A program made the translations under genes and the position numbers. 64,000 nucleotides of DNA, taken from positions 18,494-82,493 of the forward strand of contig VXRC01000024.1 of the NCBI GenBank assembly GCA_009838645.1, written 5' to 3'. How positions within the stretch are numbered: the first letter of the stretch is position 1; each line of letters opens with the position of its first letter. Positions 47,820 to 57,519 of this stretch are shown here, piece after piece. The notes under the pieces are model-generated. The model made no database searches and had not been told where the DNA came from. It was given only the letters and a program-made list of their open reading frames with translations. This DNA comes from Gemmatimonadota bacterium. Lineage in GTDB: Bacteria > JAAXHH01.

Positions 47820-47848
47820 GGACTCGTTGTCGGAGGCGTGTAAACGCG

Positions 47849-48817
47849 TCACGGCCGCTGCACCCCCTGGGCTTCGACGTAGAGGGCGTACAACGACTGG
47901 CTGGCGGTCATGAACAGGCGGTTCTTCTTCACCCCGCCGAAACACAGGTTGGCGCAAGGCTCGGGCAGGTGGATCATGCCCAGTCGCTCGCCTTCCGGGG
48001 AGAAGCAGATCACGCCGTTCGTGTCCGGACCGCCCCAGCCGGAGGCTGCCCACAGGTTGCCGTCCACGTCGGTCCGGATGCCGTCGGAGGAGGCCGGTTT
48101 CATGTCGGTGAATACGCGGGAGTTCGTGGCTCGGGTGCCTTCGATGTCCAGTACCCGGATGTGGGCGGGTCCGTCGGGGTCGTGGGAAGCGCCTGTATCT
48201 ACAACGTATAGACATGATTCGTCGGGCGAAAAGCAAAGCCCGTTGGGACGCATGAAGTCGTCGGCGATGACGGTCGCGCCGCCCGTGATCGGGTCCAGTC
48301 GATACACCCGGGTGGGCAGTTCGAATTCGGCCTTGTGCCCTTCGTAGTTCATCAGGATGCCGTACCCCGGATCGGTGAACCAGACCGAGCCGTCGGAGTG
48401 CACCACCACGTCGTTCGGCGCGTTGAGCCGCTTGCCGTCGAACCGGTCGATCAGCACGGTGATCGTCCCGTCATGTTCCGTGCGGGTCACCCGCCGGCTG
48501 TCGTGCTCGCAGGAGACCAGCCGCCCCTCGCGGTCCCGCGTATTGCCGTTGGTGTTGTTGGACGGCTTGCGGAAGACGCTCACCGCACCGGTCTCTTCGT
48601 CCCACCGCAGCAGGCGGTTATTGGGGATGTCGCTCCACACCAGGCATCGGGCGTCGCCGATCCAGACGGGGCCTTCCGACCACCGCGTCCCGGTGAACAG
48701 CCGCTCGATCCCGGCCGTGTGCAGCACGTAGGGCTTGAACCGGTCGTCGATGATCTCCACATTGGGATCGGGATAGCTCACGAGACCCCGGTCCCAGTCC
48801 CTGCCATGGTCGTTCAT
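47849..48817 (-). CDS. SMP-30/gluconolactonase/LRE-family protein
   Basis: 322 aa with beta-propeller lactonase motifs (EGPVW, NDVVVHSDGSVWFTDPGYG, PNGLCFSPDES). Confidence 0.7.
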   Translation of the reverse strand: MNDHGRDWDRGLVSYPDPNVEIIDDRFKPYVLHTAGIERLFTGTRWSEGPVWIGDARCLVWSDIPNNRLLRWDEETGAVSVFRKPSNNTNGNTRDREGRLVSCEHDSRRVTRTEHDGTITVLIDRFDGKRLNAPNDVVVHSDGSVWFTDPGYGILMNYEGHKAEFELPTRVYRLDPITGGATVIADDFMRPNGLCFSPDESCLYVVDTGASHDPDGPAHIRVLDIEGTRATNSRVFTDMKPASSDGIRTDVDGNLWAASGWGGPDTNGVICFSPEGERLGMIHLPEPCANLCFGGVKKNRLFMTASQSLYALYVEAQGVQRP

Positions 48818-48921
48818 ATCCGCTCCGTGATGAGGCGTGTCGTATCCATTCGATCGGCGTCAACGCAACGGCTCAAGATATGACGCAGGCGGCCCGCGGA
48901 CAAGCGAGAAATAGGCTGGCG

Positions 48922-49608
48922 TCAGGTCCCGCGGGTGACCCCGTAGAGGTCGATATGTACCCGAGGGCAGTACCGGAAGCCACGGGATTTGCAGGCCTCG
49001 GCGACCCACGCGCCACGGTTGCTCAACTCCTCGGCCGTCCTCCCCTGGGGCATGAGAAGCACGCGGTTGCGGTCCGCATCATCCAGTTCCACGAGGAGCG
49101 ATTCGACTTCGTCCAGGTCTTCCTGGCGGTCGACCACGAACTTCAGCTGGTAGGGATAGGCCGCCATGAACCTGCCGAGGACGGGCAGGTTGATTCGGAG
49201 TTTCTCGTGGTTCGCGGCGAACTTGCCGTTCTCCTCTTTCCAGGGCGTGGAATTGGACAGCTTGGGGCTTAGGGAAGCGAGGTCGCAGTGCAGGTCGGCG
49301 TATACGGTGCCGGCCGTCTCGATGGTCACGTGATATCCCCCGTCGCCGAGTCTCTCGGTCAGTTCGGGCAGATCCTTCATGAGAAGCGGTTCGCCACCCG
49401 TGATTACCGCGTGACGGGAGGGGAAACCTGCGATGTCCGCCATGATCTCATCCACGGAGCGCTCCACACCTTCGGGCGACCACGACGTGTATGGCGTGTC
49501 GCACCAGCGGCACCGCAGGTTGCATCCCGAGGTGCGGATGAAGACGGAGGGCACACCGGTTAGCAGGCCCTCGCCCTGAATGGAATGAAAGATCTCGGAA
49601 ATGAACAT
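48922..49608 (-). CDS. queE: 7-carboxy-7-deazaguanine synthase (radical SAM)
   Basis: Start MFISEIFHSIQGEGLL at 49606-49608. Cluster-binding motif CNLRCRWCDTPYTSW. The ORF extension to 49779 is upstream non-coding. Confidence 0.75.
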   Translation of the reverse strand: MFISEIFHSIQGEGLLTGVPSVFIRTSGCNLRCRWCDTPYTSWSPEGVERSVDEIMADIAGFPSRHAVITGGEPLLMKDLPELTERLGDGGYHVTIETAGTVYADLHCDLASLSPKLSNSTPWKEENGKFAANHEKLRINLPVLGRFMAAYPYQLKFVVDRQEDLDEVESLLVELDDADRNRVLLMPQGRTAEELSNRGAWVAEACKSRGFRYCPRVHIDLYGVTRGT

Positions 49609-49635
49609 GGTCAGTATGCCGTGTCCTGACGCTGC

Positions 49636-49686
49636 CCCGTGCTTGTACGCCGCACGGTGCTTGTACGCCGCCCGGTGCTTGACACC
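49636..49686. repeat. Tandem direct repeat (2 full plus 1 partial copies of CGGTGCTTGTACGCCG) 28-78 nt upstream of the queE start
   Basis: ccgtgcttgtacgccg / cacggtgcttgtacgccg / cccggtgcttgacacc, read directly from the + strand. Confidence 0.45.
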
Positions 49687-49814
49687 CCTTTCTATCGGGA
49701 ATATATAGAGCGTGGACCGGTTTTCAAAGCGCCGCGCCGGGAACGCGACGGACCCGCGATGGGCGCCGGTGAAAAACAAGTATCGTACAAAGTAGAGACG
49801 ACAGGAGTTAGCCG

Positions 49815-50993
49815 ATGGAAGGCCCGAGGGGATTGAAGGCGCAGGAGTTCGATTCGCTCTGCACCCTGGTCAATACCGTTTTCCGCGGCGACGGCGTGGG
49901 ACGCATGGAGGAGCAGTATCCGCTGCTCTTTGCACCGGATAACTACGATGAACTTTTCGTCATGGTCGACGAGGGCGTTGTGGTTTCCCATGTGGGCGCG
50001 TTGACGCGGGATATCTCCGTGCTCGGGTGCCGGATGTCCACCATGAGCATCGGCGCGGTGGCGACCTATGAATCCCATCGGGGACGGGGACTGGCGACGC
50101 AGTTGATGGAAGCAGCGGTCCGGAAGGCCGTTGCACAGGACGCCGTGCTCATGCCCATATCGGGCGGAAGGGGATTGTACACTCGCCTCGGCGCGAAGCG
50201 AATCGGTCAGTACGCCCTTTATACCGTTCCCCGGGACACGCTGCCCGCCTGCGATGGCCCGGGCTCGGGCGAAACGGGCGCGGATGAAACGGCCGTGGGC
50301 GAAACGGACATCCAACTGGCGGGCCCCGAAGACCTGCACGAAATGACCCGGCTGTACGCGGAAGAGCCCAGCCGGTACGTGCGATCGACGGCCGATCTCC
50401 GGATGGCGGTCGACGCCGCGTGGATCTGCGACCGGGACGGCGAGACCGTGGTGATCCGCGAGGAAGGCCGTCTGGTGGCCTACGTGGCCATCCAGAAGCG
50501 CCGGCCCGACCGCGATGACGAAGCCCGCAGGGCCAGGCTGGCCGAGATAGCCGGTTCACGATCGGCTCTTGTGCGCGCGTTGCCCTGTCTGTACGACCGC
50601 TACGATGTGGATTACCTCGAAATCGTGACCACGGCGTCAGACATAGAACTGTCCTCCCTGCTCCGGCCCCACGGCGTGACCGCGGCGCCCCAGGGATTCT
50701 CGGGCACGGTACTCGTCCTCCAACCGGAACGGCTGCTGCAGGTATTTGAGGATTACATCACGGATGTGCTCGGCAGGGACGTATTGACGTGGGACGCTTC
50801 AGCGGACGCGGTGGTATTCCGATGCGGTAAAAAGGACCATGCCGTCGCCACGGGCGACCTTGGCACTCTCGTCTTCGGCGTGGTACCGCCCGATCAGGAT
50901 CCCATCGAGACGATACCGCCCGGACTGCTCAGGACCGCGCTGGCGCGCGTATTCCCCGTCCAATTGCCCTGGTACGGATTCAATTTCGTTTGA
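49815..50993 (+). CDS. GNAT-family N-acetyltransferase with Eis-like three-domain architecture
   Basis: N-terminal GNAT motif (HRGRGLATQLMEAAV); length and layout are consistent with Eis-like acetyltransferases. Confidence 0.5.
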   Translation: MEGPRGLKAQEFDSLCTLVNTVFRGDGVGRMEEQYPLLFAPDNYDELFVMVDEGVVVSHVGALTRDISVLGCRMSTMSIGAVATYESHRGRGLATQLMEAAVRKAVAQDAVLMPISGGRGLYTRLGAKRIGQYALYTVPRDTLPACDGPGSGETGADETAVGETDIQLAGPEDLHEMTRLYAEEPSRYVRSTADLRMAVDAAWICDRDGETVVIREEGRLVAYVAIQKRRPDRDDEARRARLAEIAGSRSALVRALPCLYDRYDVDYLEIVTTASDIELSSLLRPHGVTAAPQGFSGTVLVLQPERLLQVFEDYITDVLGRDVLTWDASADAVVFRCGKKDHAVATGDLGTLVFGVVPPDQDPIETIPPGLLRTALARVFPVQLPWYGFNFV

Positions 50994-51103
50994 CGAGCCG
51001 CGTCGGGCGAAGCGCGACGATCTACGGACCGTAGATTCCCAGCCGCCCCGGCCGCACCACTCGCGCCGCCCGCGCTTCCGCCCCGCGCCGGTCCGGCGAC
51101 CCA

Positions 51104-52987
51104 TCACTCCAGTAGTTTCATCTTCAGATGCGAAGGCGCGCTCCGAGAGAAGTATATCCGGTGCGTGGCCGCCTGGTAGTCCTCTTCCTTCGCTTCGTAG
51201 ATACTCGGCACCCAGGTCTGGGGATTGCGGTCCACCATGGGGAACCAACTGCTCTGCACCTGCACCATCATGCGGTGCCCCGCCTTAAAAGTGTGGGCGA
51301 CGTCCTGCATGTCGAATTCGATTCGCGTGACGTTGCCCGGCCGCATGGGCTCAGGATGGGTGAAACTGTTCCGGTACCGTGCCCGCATGACCTCGCCTCG
51401 CACCATGAGCTGGAAACCTCCCATCTTCACATTCATGGGGTTCTCGCCCACGTAGCTCGCCGTATCGGGATACACGTCGATCAGCTTGACGATGAAATCC
51501 GCGTCTTCCCCCGTCGTGACCACGTAGAGGTTGGCGAACAGGTCGCCGGCCACGGTGACGTCCTCCTGCAGCACGCCGGACTCGAAGACCAGCACGTCGG
51601 TCCGAGTTGCCGCGAACCGCTGGTCCTGGATGAGGTACCGGTCGTCCCGGTTGATGACGACCTGGGAGGTGTGGGGCACGGGTTTCGCGGGATCGCTGAC
51701 GTACTCGGCATAGTCGTCCGCGCCCGTCGGCCGGTCGAAGGACAGTCCGCCGCCGGGCGCCAGGTAGAGGTTCGCTTCGCGCGCCTCCCTGGGCGGCCAG
51801 CGGTCGAAGGCGTGCCACTCGTTCGAACCCGTGACGAAGATGCTGGCTTCAGGCAACTCCGGATCGGGACCGTCCTTCAGGTAGTGGTTGAAGAAGGGCA
51901 GTTCGATGGTTTCCCGGTAGTGCGCCGCCGTGGGCTGTTCGAAATAGATGTCCTGGTACCGCAGGCCGCTGCCCCGCGCCCACCCGCCGTGCCACCACGG
52001 ACCCATAACGAGGTGGTTCACGAGGCCCGGGTTGTTGTTCTCCACGGCGGCGTACGTCTTCAGCGGGCCGTACAGGTCCTGGGCGTCGAAGAACCCGCCC
52101 ACCACGAGCACCGCCGGCTTCACGTCTTTCAGGTGGGGCAGCGGTGTGCGGGCCTGCCAGAATTCGTCGTAGTCCGGATGCTCCATCATGGCGTTCCAGA
52201 TCTTGTTCTCCCCGTGCAGGTATTTCTCGTTGACGTTAGACAGCGGACCGAGATCCAGGTACCACTGGTAGCCGTCCGGCGTGCCGTAGTCCCGGAATCC
52301 CGTGGCTCGCCGGGTCGTGGGCTCGGGACGCGGCTGGCCGTAGAAGGACAGGAAACTGAAGCTCGCCTGCAACTGGAACGCGCCGTTGTGGTGACGGTCG
52401 TCGCCGATCCACCAGTCGGTCACCGGCGCCTGGGGCGAAACGATCTTCACGGCGGGATGGGCGTCGATCAGGGCGTGGGTGGCGTAGAAACCCGGCGCCG
52501 AAATGCCCCATACGCCCACGCGGCCGTTGTGATTGGGCACGTTTTCAAGGAGCCAGGAGACCGTATCGTAGGTATCGGTGCTCTCGTCGATGTCGGTGTC
52601 CGATGTCTTGTCCGGATTATGGGGGCGCACGGCCTCGAATTCCCCTTCCGACATCATGCGGCCGCGCACGTCCTGGTAGACGATGACGTACCCGTCGCGG
52701 GCGAACAGCATGGACGGACCGATCTGCGTCCTGTACGCCGCCCCGTAGGGCGCCACGCTGTAGGGCGTGCGCTGCAGCAGGATGGGATAGGTCCGTGAAT
52801 CGTCCTTGGGCACGTAAATGGAAGTGAACAGCCGGGCCCCGTCGCGCATGGACACGTGGCGTTCCATCTTGTTATAATGCTCCGCGATGTAACGCGCGTC
52901 GGCGTTGGACTGGCCGATGACGGTGCCAGGCAGGAGCAAAAGGGCCAGCAATCCGATGAGTAAGACGGGACAGGGTACGGTTTTCAT
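51104..52987 (-). CDS. Secreted CocE/NonD-family (S15 X-Pro dipeptidyl-peptidase-like) alpha/beta hydrolase
   Basis: Signal peptide (MKTVPCPVLLIGLLALLLLPGTVIGQS), nucleophile elbow (GVWGISAPG), long C-terminal beta-sandwich region. Confidence 0.7.
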   Translation of the reverse strand: MKTVPCPVLLIGLLALLLLPGTVIGQSNADARYIAEHYNKMERHVSMRDGARLFTSIYVPKDDSRTYPILLQRTPYSVAPYGAAYRTQIGPSMLFARDGYVIVYQDVRGRMMSEGEFEAVRPHNPDKTSDTDIDESTDTYDTVSWLLENVPNHNGRVGVWGISAPGFYATHALIDAHPAVKIVSPQAPVTDWWIGDDRHHNGAFQLQASFSFLSFYGQPRPEPTTRRATGFRDYGTPDGYQWYLDLGPLSNVNEKYLHGENKIWNAMMEHPDYDEFWQARTPLPHLKDVKPAVLVVGGFFDAQDLYGPLKTYAAVENNNPGLVNHLVMGPWWHGGWARGSGLRYQDIYFEQPTAAHYRETIELPFFNHYLKDGPDPELPEASIFVTGSNEWHAFDRWPPREAREANLYLAPGGGLSFDRPTGADDYAEYVSDPAKPVPHTSQVVINRDDRYLIQDQRFAATRTDVLVFESGVLQEDVTVAGDLFANLYVVTTGEDADFIVKLIDVYPDTASYVGENPMNVKMGGFQLMVRGEVMRARYRNSFTHPEPMRPGNVTRIEFDMQDVAHTFKAGHRMMVQVQSSWFPMVDRNPQTWVPSIYEAKEEDYQAATHRIYFSRSAPSHLKMKLLE

Positions 52988-53062
52988 GAGGGGAACTCCT
53001 GCAGGAATCATGGATTCAGTTAAACCGGGACACCGGAAATATGGAGGGATTCCGCGGGAAGA

Positions 53063-53509
53063 TCAAGGACGGCCCTTGTCCGTCAGCCGCTCGTAGGCGT
53101 CTACGACCTCGATGAAGGCGTCGTGGTCGCCGCCGTGGTCGGGGTGGTGGACCTGGGCCAGTTCCCGGTACCGTTGCTTGATGTCCTGGAGCGTCGCGTA
53201 GGGCGGCAGGCCGAGGAGGGAAAGCAGTCCCGGGTCGTAGGCGTCGGCCATGGAGAGGCCGTGTTCCTTGAAATACTGGAAGTAAACGCGGTAGAAGAAG
53301 GCCTCGTAGACTATTTTAAGCTCGTCGTGGTTCATATTCGCCAGCCGTTTCAGGGGATAGGCGACCCGGTCGTCGTCCGCGGTCCGCGTGGAGAAGAAGG
53401 CGTTCCAGACCAGCGTCTGGTGGTCCTCCTGCGGACGTGTCCTGAACCGGATGCGACACTCGGTCTGTTTGAGCTGACGCAGCTTGCGTTTCAGCTGGGG
53501 AATGGTCAT
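53063..53509 (-). CDS. Small protein with a C-terminal DnaJ (J) domain (HPD motif) and an unassigned ~90-aa N-terminal region
   Basis: LLSLLGLPPYATLQDIKQRYRELAQVHHPDHGGDHDAFIEVVDAYERL is a canonical J domain. Confidence 0.55.
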   Translation of the reverse strand: MTIPQLKRKLRQLKQTECRIRFRTRPQEDHQTLVWNAFFSTRTADDDRVAYPLKRLANMNHDELKIVYEAFFYRVYFQYFKEHGLSMADAYDPGLLSLLGLPPYATLQDIKQRYRELAQVHHPDHGGDHDAFIEVVDAYERLTDKGRP

Positions 53510-53641
53510 GGCGTGGTCCGTAGAGCGTAAGCCGAGTAAGGCTGTTTCTAGTCGACAAATCTAACAAAGTCAACTATTTTGCGCTCCAGAAGTGTGTTTC
53601 TCCGGAGTCAAAAACCCGACTTCATGCAGAATCGATATCCC

Positions 53642-54127
53642 ATGCCTGACTACGTGACACACAAAGCCATTGCACTTGTGCTTCGACCGGATAGTGCGGG
53701 GTACAGTCTCCTTGCATTGTCGGGTTATGCTCCTAGCACGTAAAACCCGTCTCCCTTGCGTTTTCCGGGCGGGAACCTGGATCCCGGAGAAACGCCCGAG
53801 GAAGCAATGTACCGGGAACTGTTTGAAGAGTCAGGCTTGGGACCACTGAAACTACTGCGCAAACTAGGCGTGCACCGTTACTACAAAGAGTTCATTCGGT
53901 CACAAGTCGAAAGACACGACTTTCTACTTCTCGCTCCGAACCATACTCCAGATCAATGGTCTCACAGGGTCACAGGAGGAGATGGCGACATCAAATGTAT
54001 CTTCTCATACCGGTGGTTACAGAAAGACGAATTTGACCTACTATCTGATGAACTCACCACTTTTGTCACACTGGAACACATACCCGAACTGTTCAATGGC
54101 AAGACTCCTAGGTCATCTCATAAATAA
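53642..54127 (+). pseudogene. NUDIX hydrolase gene interrupted by an in-frame TAA (53741-53743)
   Basis: MPDYVTHKAIALVLRPDSAGYSLLALSGYAPST-[TAA]-NPSPLRFPGGNLDPGETPEEAMYRELFEESGL reads through into a complete Nudix box (GX5EX7REUXEEXGU). Both parts share one frame. The region is ~45% GC. Confidence 0.5.
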
Positions 54128-54150
54128 GAGTCAGCCGTTGAGGACATAGG

Positions 54151-54822
54151 CTAGTTCAGCATAGACGGCAGATTCTCCATCGACTCCGCACGGGGCAGGG
54201 GATGGTCCCAGGGCCACCCCACTTCCTGTCGCAGGTACCAGGCCGCCTGGATCGCCGTCATGCCGGCGGCTGCCGCGCCGCGCAGTTCGTCAAAGCCACC
54301 ATCTCCGACGAAATACGCATCGGACGGCCGGACACCCATGCGCGCGCAGGCGAGATCGTAGATCTTCCTGTCCGGCTTCATCAATCCGACTTCACAGGAA
54401 AAAACGACTTCGTCCACGTGATCCCGAAGCGGACAGGCGTTCCATGCCAGCGCTTCCCAGGGCATGGCGTTGCTGATGATTCCGATATCGAGCCCCAGGG
54501 CCCTGACTTCGCCCAGCATCTCGAACACTCCGGGATCCACTTCGGATAAGACTCGGCTCTTCCACTGTTCGTAATCCCGGGCGATTTCGCCGAGTTCCCG
54601 GTCCGAGACCGGCGAGCCGACTTCATCCCGCATGTGCAGGAACTTGGCGAGGCAGTTCGAAAACTCGCCGGTCATCACACGCTCGCCGAAATCGTCCCAC
54701 CACTGCACCACCCGGTCCTGCGTGGTACGCAGTTTCACGTAGTTCGGGGATCTCGAACGAAAGGCGCTTTTCGTCTTCTCGGTGATCAGCGTTTCGAATA
54801 AATCGAAGAAAACGACTTTCAT
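54151..54822 (-). CDS. HAD-superfamily hydrolase (haloacid-dehalogenase-like)
   Basis: Motif I (VVFFDLFETL), motif III K, motif IV (FVGDGGFDELRGA). Confidence 0.65.
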   Translation of the reverse strand: MKVVFFDLFETLITEKTKSAFRSRSPNYVKLRTTQDRVVQWWDDFGERVMTGEFSNCLAKFLHMRDEVGSPVSDRELGEIARDYEQWKSRVLSEVDPGVFEMLGEVRALGLDIGIISNAMPWEALAWNACPLRDHVDEVVFSCEVGLMKPDRKIYDLACARMGVRPSDAYFVGDGGFDELRGAAAAGMTAIQAAWYLRQEVGWPWDHPLPRAESMENLPSMLN

Positions 54823-54846
54823 CGCGCCTCGTATTCAGGTGATCTA

Positions 54847-56334
54847 TCAGGTGATCCCGAACTCCTGTATGGACTGGATGGCGGACATGTCGTGCACGCC
54901 GCTGTCGTCGAGGGACACGTTGGACTGCAGTTCCAGGACGGCGTCCCGGTGCAACGCCTCGATCGTGGCGCAACCCGCCGTGGCCATGCCCGACTTGAGC
55001 ATCTGCATGACGATGGGCAGCTTGTCGTAGACCGACCCCGCATGGGGCACCTGGCCCACGATGCCTTCCTCGAAGAAGGTGCTGGCGAGCTGCGCGTAGC
55101 GCCGGTTGTTGAAGGCCTTCCGGCTGCCTTCCATCCAGTATTCCTTGACCAGGTCCCCGGCCGCGTTGCGGACTAGTTCGCCGTGGCTCTCGGTGAACCG
55201 TGCCAGGAGGTTGCCCATCATCAGCGTATCGGCGCCCAGTGAAAGGGCGATGAGCATGTCCGCGGGACCCTGGATGCTGCCGTCCGCCACGAGGGGGAGA
55301 TAGTCGCCCGATGTCTTTGCCCGTGCGTCGCGGGCCGCGGCGACTTCCCGGATGGAGGTGGCCTGTCCGCGGCCGGTGGCCTTCACCATCTGCGTCGTGC
55401 AGCCCGACGCGATGCCCATGCCGATCTTGACGGCGTCCGCGCCGCAACCGGCCAGGTAATCAAAGCCTTCCCGCGTCACCACGTTCCCGGCGATCACCGG
55501 GATGTCGTAGTGGGACTTGATCCATTTCAAAGTCTCGCCCTGGTACTCGGTATGGCCGTCGGAGGCGTCGATGACGATCACGTCCGCCTGGTGCTCGACC
55601 AGTGCCTCCACCCGTTCCCGGTCCTCGGGATGGGTCGATACGGCGGCGCCTACCACGAGGCGCTTCTGTGCGTCCTCCGTGGAATGGGGATGGCGGATGT
55701 GCTTGTCGAGGTCCCGCTTGAACACCACCGAAACCAGCGTCCCTTCGGAAGAAACCATGGGCAGGAACCCGCGGCCGTACTCGATCATCCGCGTGTTCGC
55801 CGTCTTCAGGTCGTCCTCCTCGGCGCCGGTCTGCACGTCGGTCTTCATGCGATCGCCCACCCGCAAGCCATGATCGTACCGCTCGTCGAAGTCCTTGTCC
55901 GTGATCACGCCCACCAGCTTGCCGTGGAATACGCCCGTATCCGTCACCGGGAAGGTGTGGTAGCCGGTATCGTTCATGATGCCGATCACCTCGCCGATGG
56001 ACTGTTCCGGCGACAGCGTGACGATATCGGTCTGAAACCCGGCCTTGAACCGCTTCACCGCGTCGATCTTGCCGCACTGTTCCTCGATGGTCTGGCTCAC
56101 GGCGAACACGCCCATGCCGCCCAGTTGGGCCATGGCGATGGCCATCTCCACGCTGGTGACCGCCTGCATGGCCGCACTGAGGAAAGGCGTGCGCAGCTCC
56201 AGATAGCCGTCCCCCTGCCGGCAGAGGCGCGTCTCCAGCGACACGAGCTGGGCGTTCGCGTCGGCCTGCGTAAGGCGTGGCAAAATACGGTATTCCTTTA
56301 GACTGTGAGAAACGGTAGAGGCTATCTGCGCCAT
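54847..56334 (-). CDS. guaB: IMP dehydrogenase-family protein with CBS pair
   Basis: N-terminal LRTPFLSAAMQAVTSVEMAIAMAQLGGMGV, a CBS pair (HTFPVTDTG...GKLVGVITDKDF), and the catalytic Cys loop (GMGIASGCTTQ). It could be a paralog rather than the housekeeping guaB, since no guaA is adjacent. Confidence 0.6.
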   Translation of the reverse strand: MAQIASTVSHSLKEYRILPRLTQADANAQLVSLETRLCRQGDGYLELRTPFLSAAMQAVTSVEMAIAMAQLGGMGVFAVSQTIEEQCGKIDAVKRFKAGFQTDIVTLSPEQSIGEVIGIMNDTGYHTFPVTDTGVFHGKLVGVITDKDFDERYDHGLRVGDRMKTDVQTGAEEDDLKTANTRMIEYGRGFLPMVSSEGTLVSVVFKRDLDKHIRHPHSTEDAQKRLVVGAAVSTHPEDRERVEALVEHQADVIVIDASDGHTEYQGETLKWIKSHYDIPVIAGNVVTREGFDYLAGCGADAVKIGMGIASGCTTQMVKATGRGQATSIREVAAARDARAKTSGDYLPLVADGSIQGPADMLIALSLGADTLMMGNLLARFTESHGELVRNAAGDLVKEYWMEGSRKAFNNRRYAQLASTFFEEGIVGQVPHAGSVYDKLPIVMQMLKSGMATAGCATIEALHRDAVLELQSNVSLDDSGVHDMSAIQSIQEFGIT

Positions 56335-56577
56335 TTATGTCCTCCGTGGGAAGCCGTTTGAGGATCCATTTCCCCGTTTGGAATCCCGGTGCGGTGATCC
56401 GAGGTTGTGCTAATCCATTTTCACGTCAATCGACGGCTCTAGATACCTGACAAAGGCACGTCCACATTCGAGTCATTCAATATACATCATTCCGCCGATT
56501 TTGCCTTGACATAATACCGGGTTTGATATATTAGTCAAATTAATAATTTAAATACGCGCTATTACGTGGATGAATAA

Positions 56578-57519
56578 ATGAACCTGTCCTACGATCAAGC
56601 CGTCGCCTTTCACGCCGTGGCCCGTCACGGAAGCTTTTCTCTGGCGGCAAAAGCCCTCTTCCGGTCCCAGTCCGCCGTGAGCATCCAGGTGGCCAAGCTC
56701 GAGGGCGAAATCGGCCAGCCGCTTTTCCACCGGACGACCCGTCATCTCGCGCTCACCGAGGCCGGCAAGGTGCTGCTCAAGTACGTGAGCGAGATGGAAG
56801 GGCTGATGAAAGAGGCCGTGCAAGAACTGGAAGACCTGGACCGGCTCGAGGCCGGCCGTCTCGTGCTTTGCACGTCCGACACCACGGGCTGCTACCGCCT
56901 GCCGGCCATCCTTAAATCCTTTCAGGACCGTTATCCCGGCATCGACATTGTCGTGAAGAACGCCACGTCGCTGCGGACTATCCAGGCCGTGGTCGACGGC
57001 GAGGTGGATCTCGGCGTGGTCACGCTGGCCTACCTGCCCCGGGAGATCGAGTCGATCCCGCTGTTCTCCCGCCACGACGTGCTGATCACGCCGCCGGACC
57101 ATCCCCTGGCGAAACGGCGGACCGTGCATCTCAAGGACATGGAGCAGTACCCGCTGATCCTGCTCGACCAGCACTGCGCTTCGCGGCGGTTGATCGACGA
57201 TTTGTGCGAGAAATCGCGGGTACAGCTCGACGTCGCCATGGAGCTCAGTTCGATCGAGGTAATCAAGCACTTCGTACGGATCGAAGCGGGCCTGTCCATC
57301 GTCCCTTCCATAGCCATCCAGGAGGAACTGGAAAACGGCACGCTCGCGCAGGTCACGATCGGGGATTTTCGAAACCGCCCCCGCCAGAAAATGGGGGCGG
57401 TCTACCTTAAGGGCCGGTATCTGTCCAGGGCGGCCCGCAGTTTCCTGGAGGCCCTGCAGGCTTACTTCAGGCCGGGGCGCAGGAAGATCGCGGCGGACCG
57501 GGGCAAGCCGGCGGCCTGA
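56578..57519 (+). CDS. LysR-family transcriptional regulator
   Basis: N-terminal wHTH (QAVAFHAVARHGSFSLAAKALFRSQSAVSIQVAKLE) and a LysR substrate-binding domain. Divergent from the IMPDH-like gene across an AT-rich intergenic region. Confidence 0.8.
   Translation: MNLSYDQAVAFHAVARHGSFSLAAKALFRSQSAVSIQVAKLEGEIGQPLFHRTTRHLALTEAGKVLLKYVSEMEGLMKEAVQELEDLDRLEAGRLVLCTSDTTGCYRLPAILKSFQDRYPGIDIVVKNATSLRTIQAVVDGEVDLGVVTLAYLPREIESIPLFSRHDVLITPPDHPLAKRRTVHLKDMEQYPLILLDQHCASRRLIDDLCEKSRVQLDVAMELSSIEVIKHFVRIEAGLSIVPSIAIQEELENGTLAQVTIGDFRNRPRQKMGAVYLKGRYLSRAARSFLEALQAYFRPGRRKIAADRGKPAA

Noticed and set aside
53741-53743. In-frame stop inside the Nudix gene as a possible selenocysteine/recoding site
   Set aside because: The codon is TAA, not TGA, and no downstream hairpin is apparent. 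The likelier explanation is nonsense inactivation or a sequence error.
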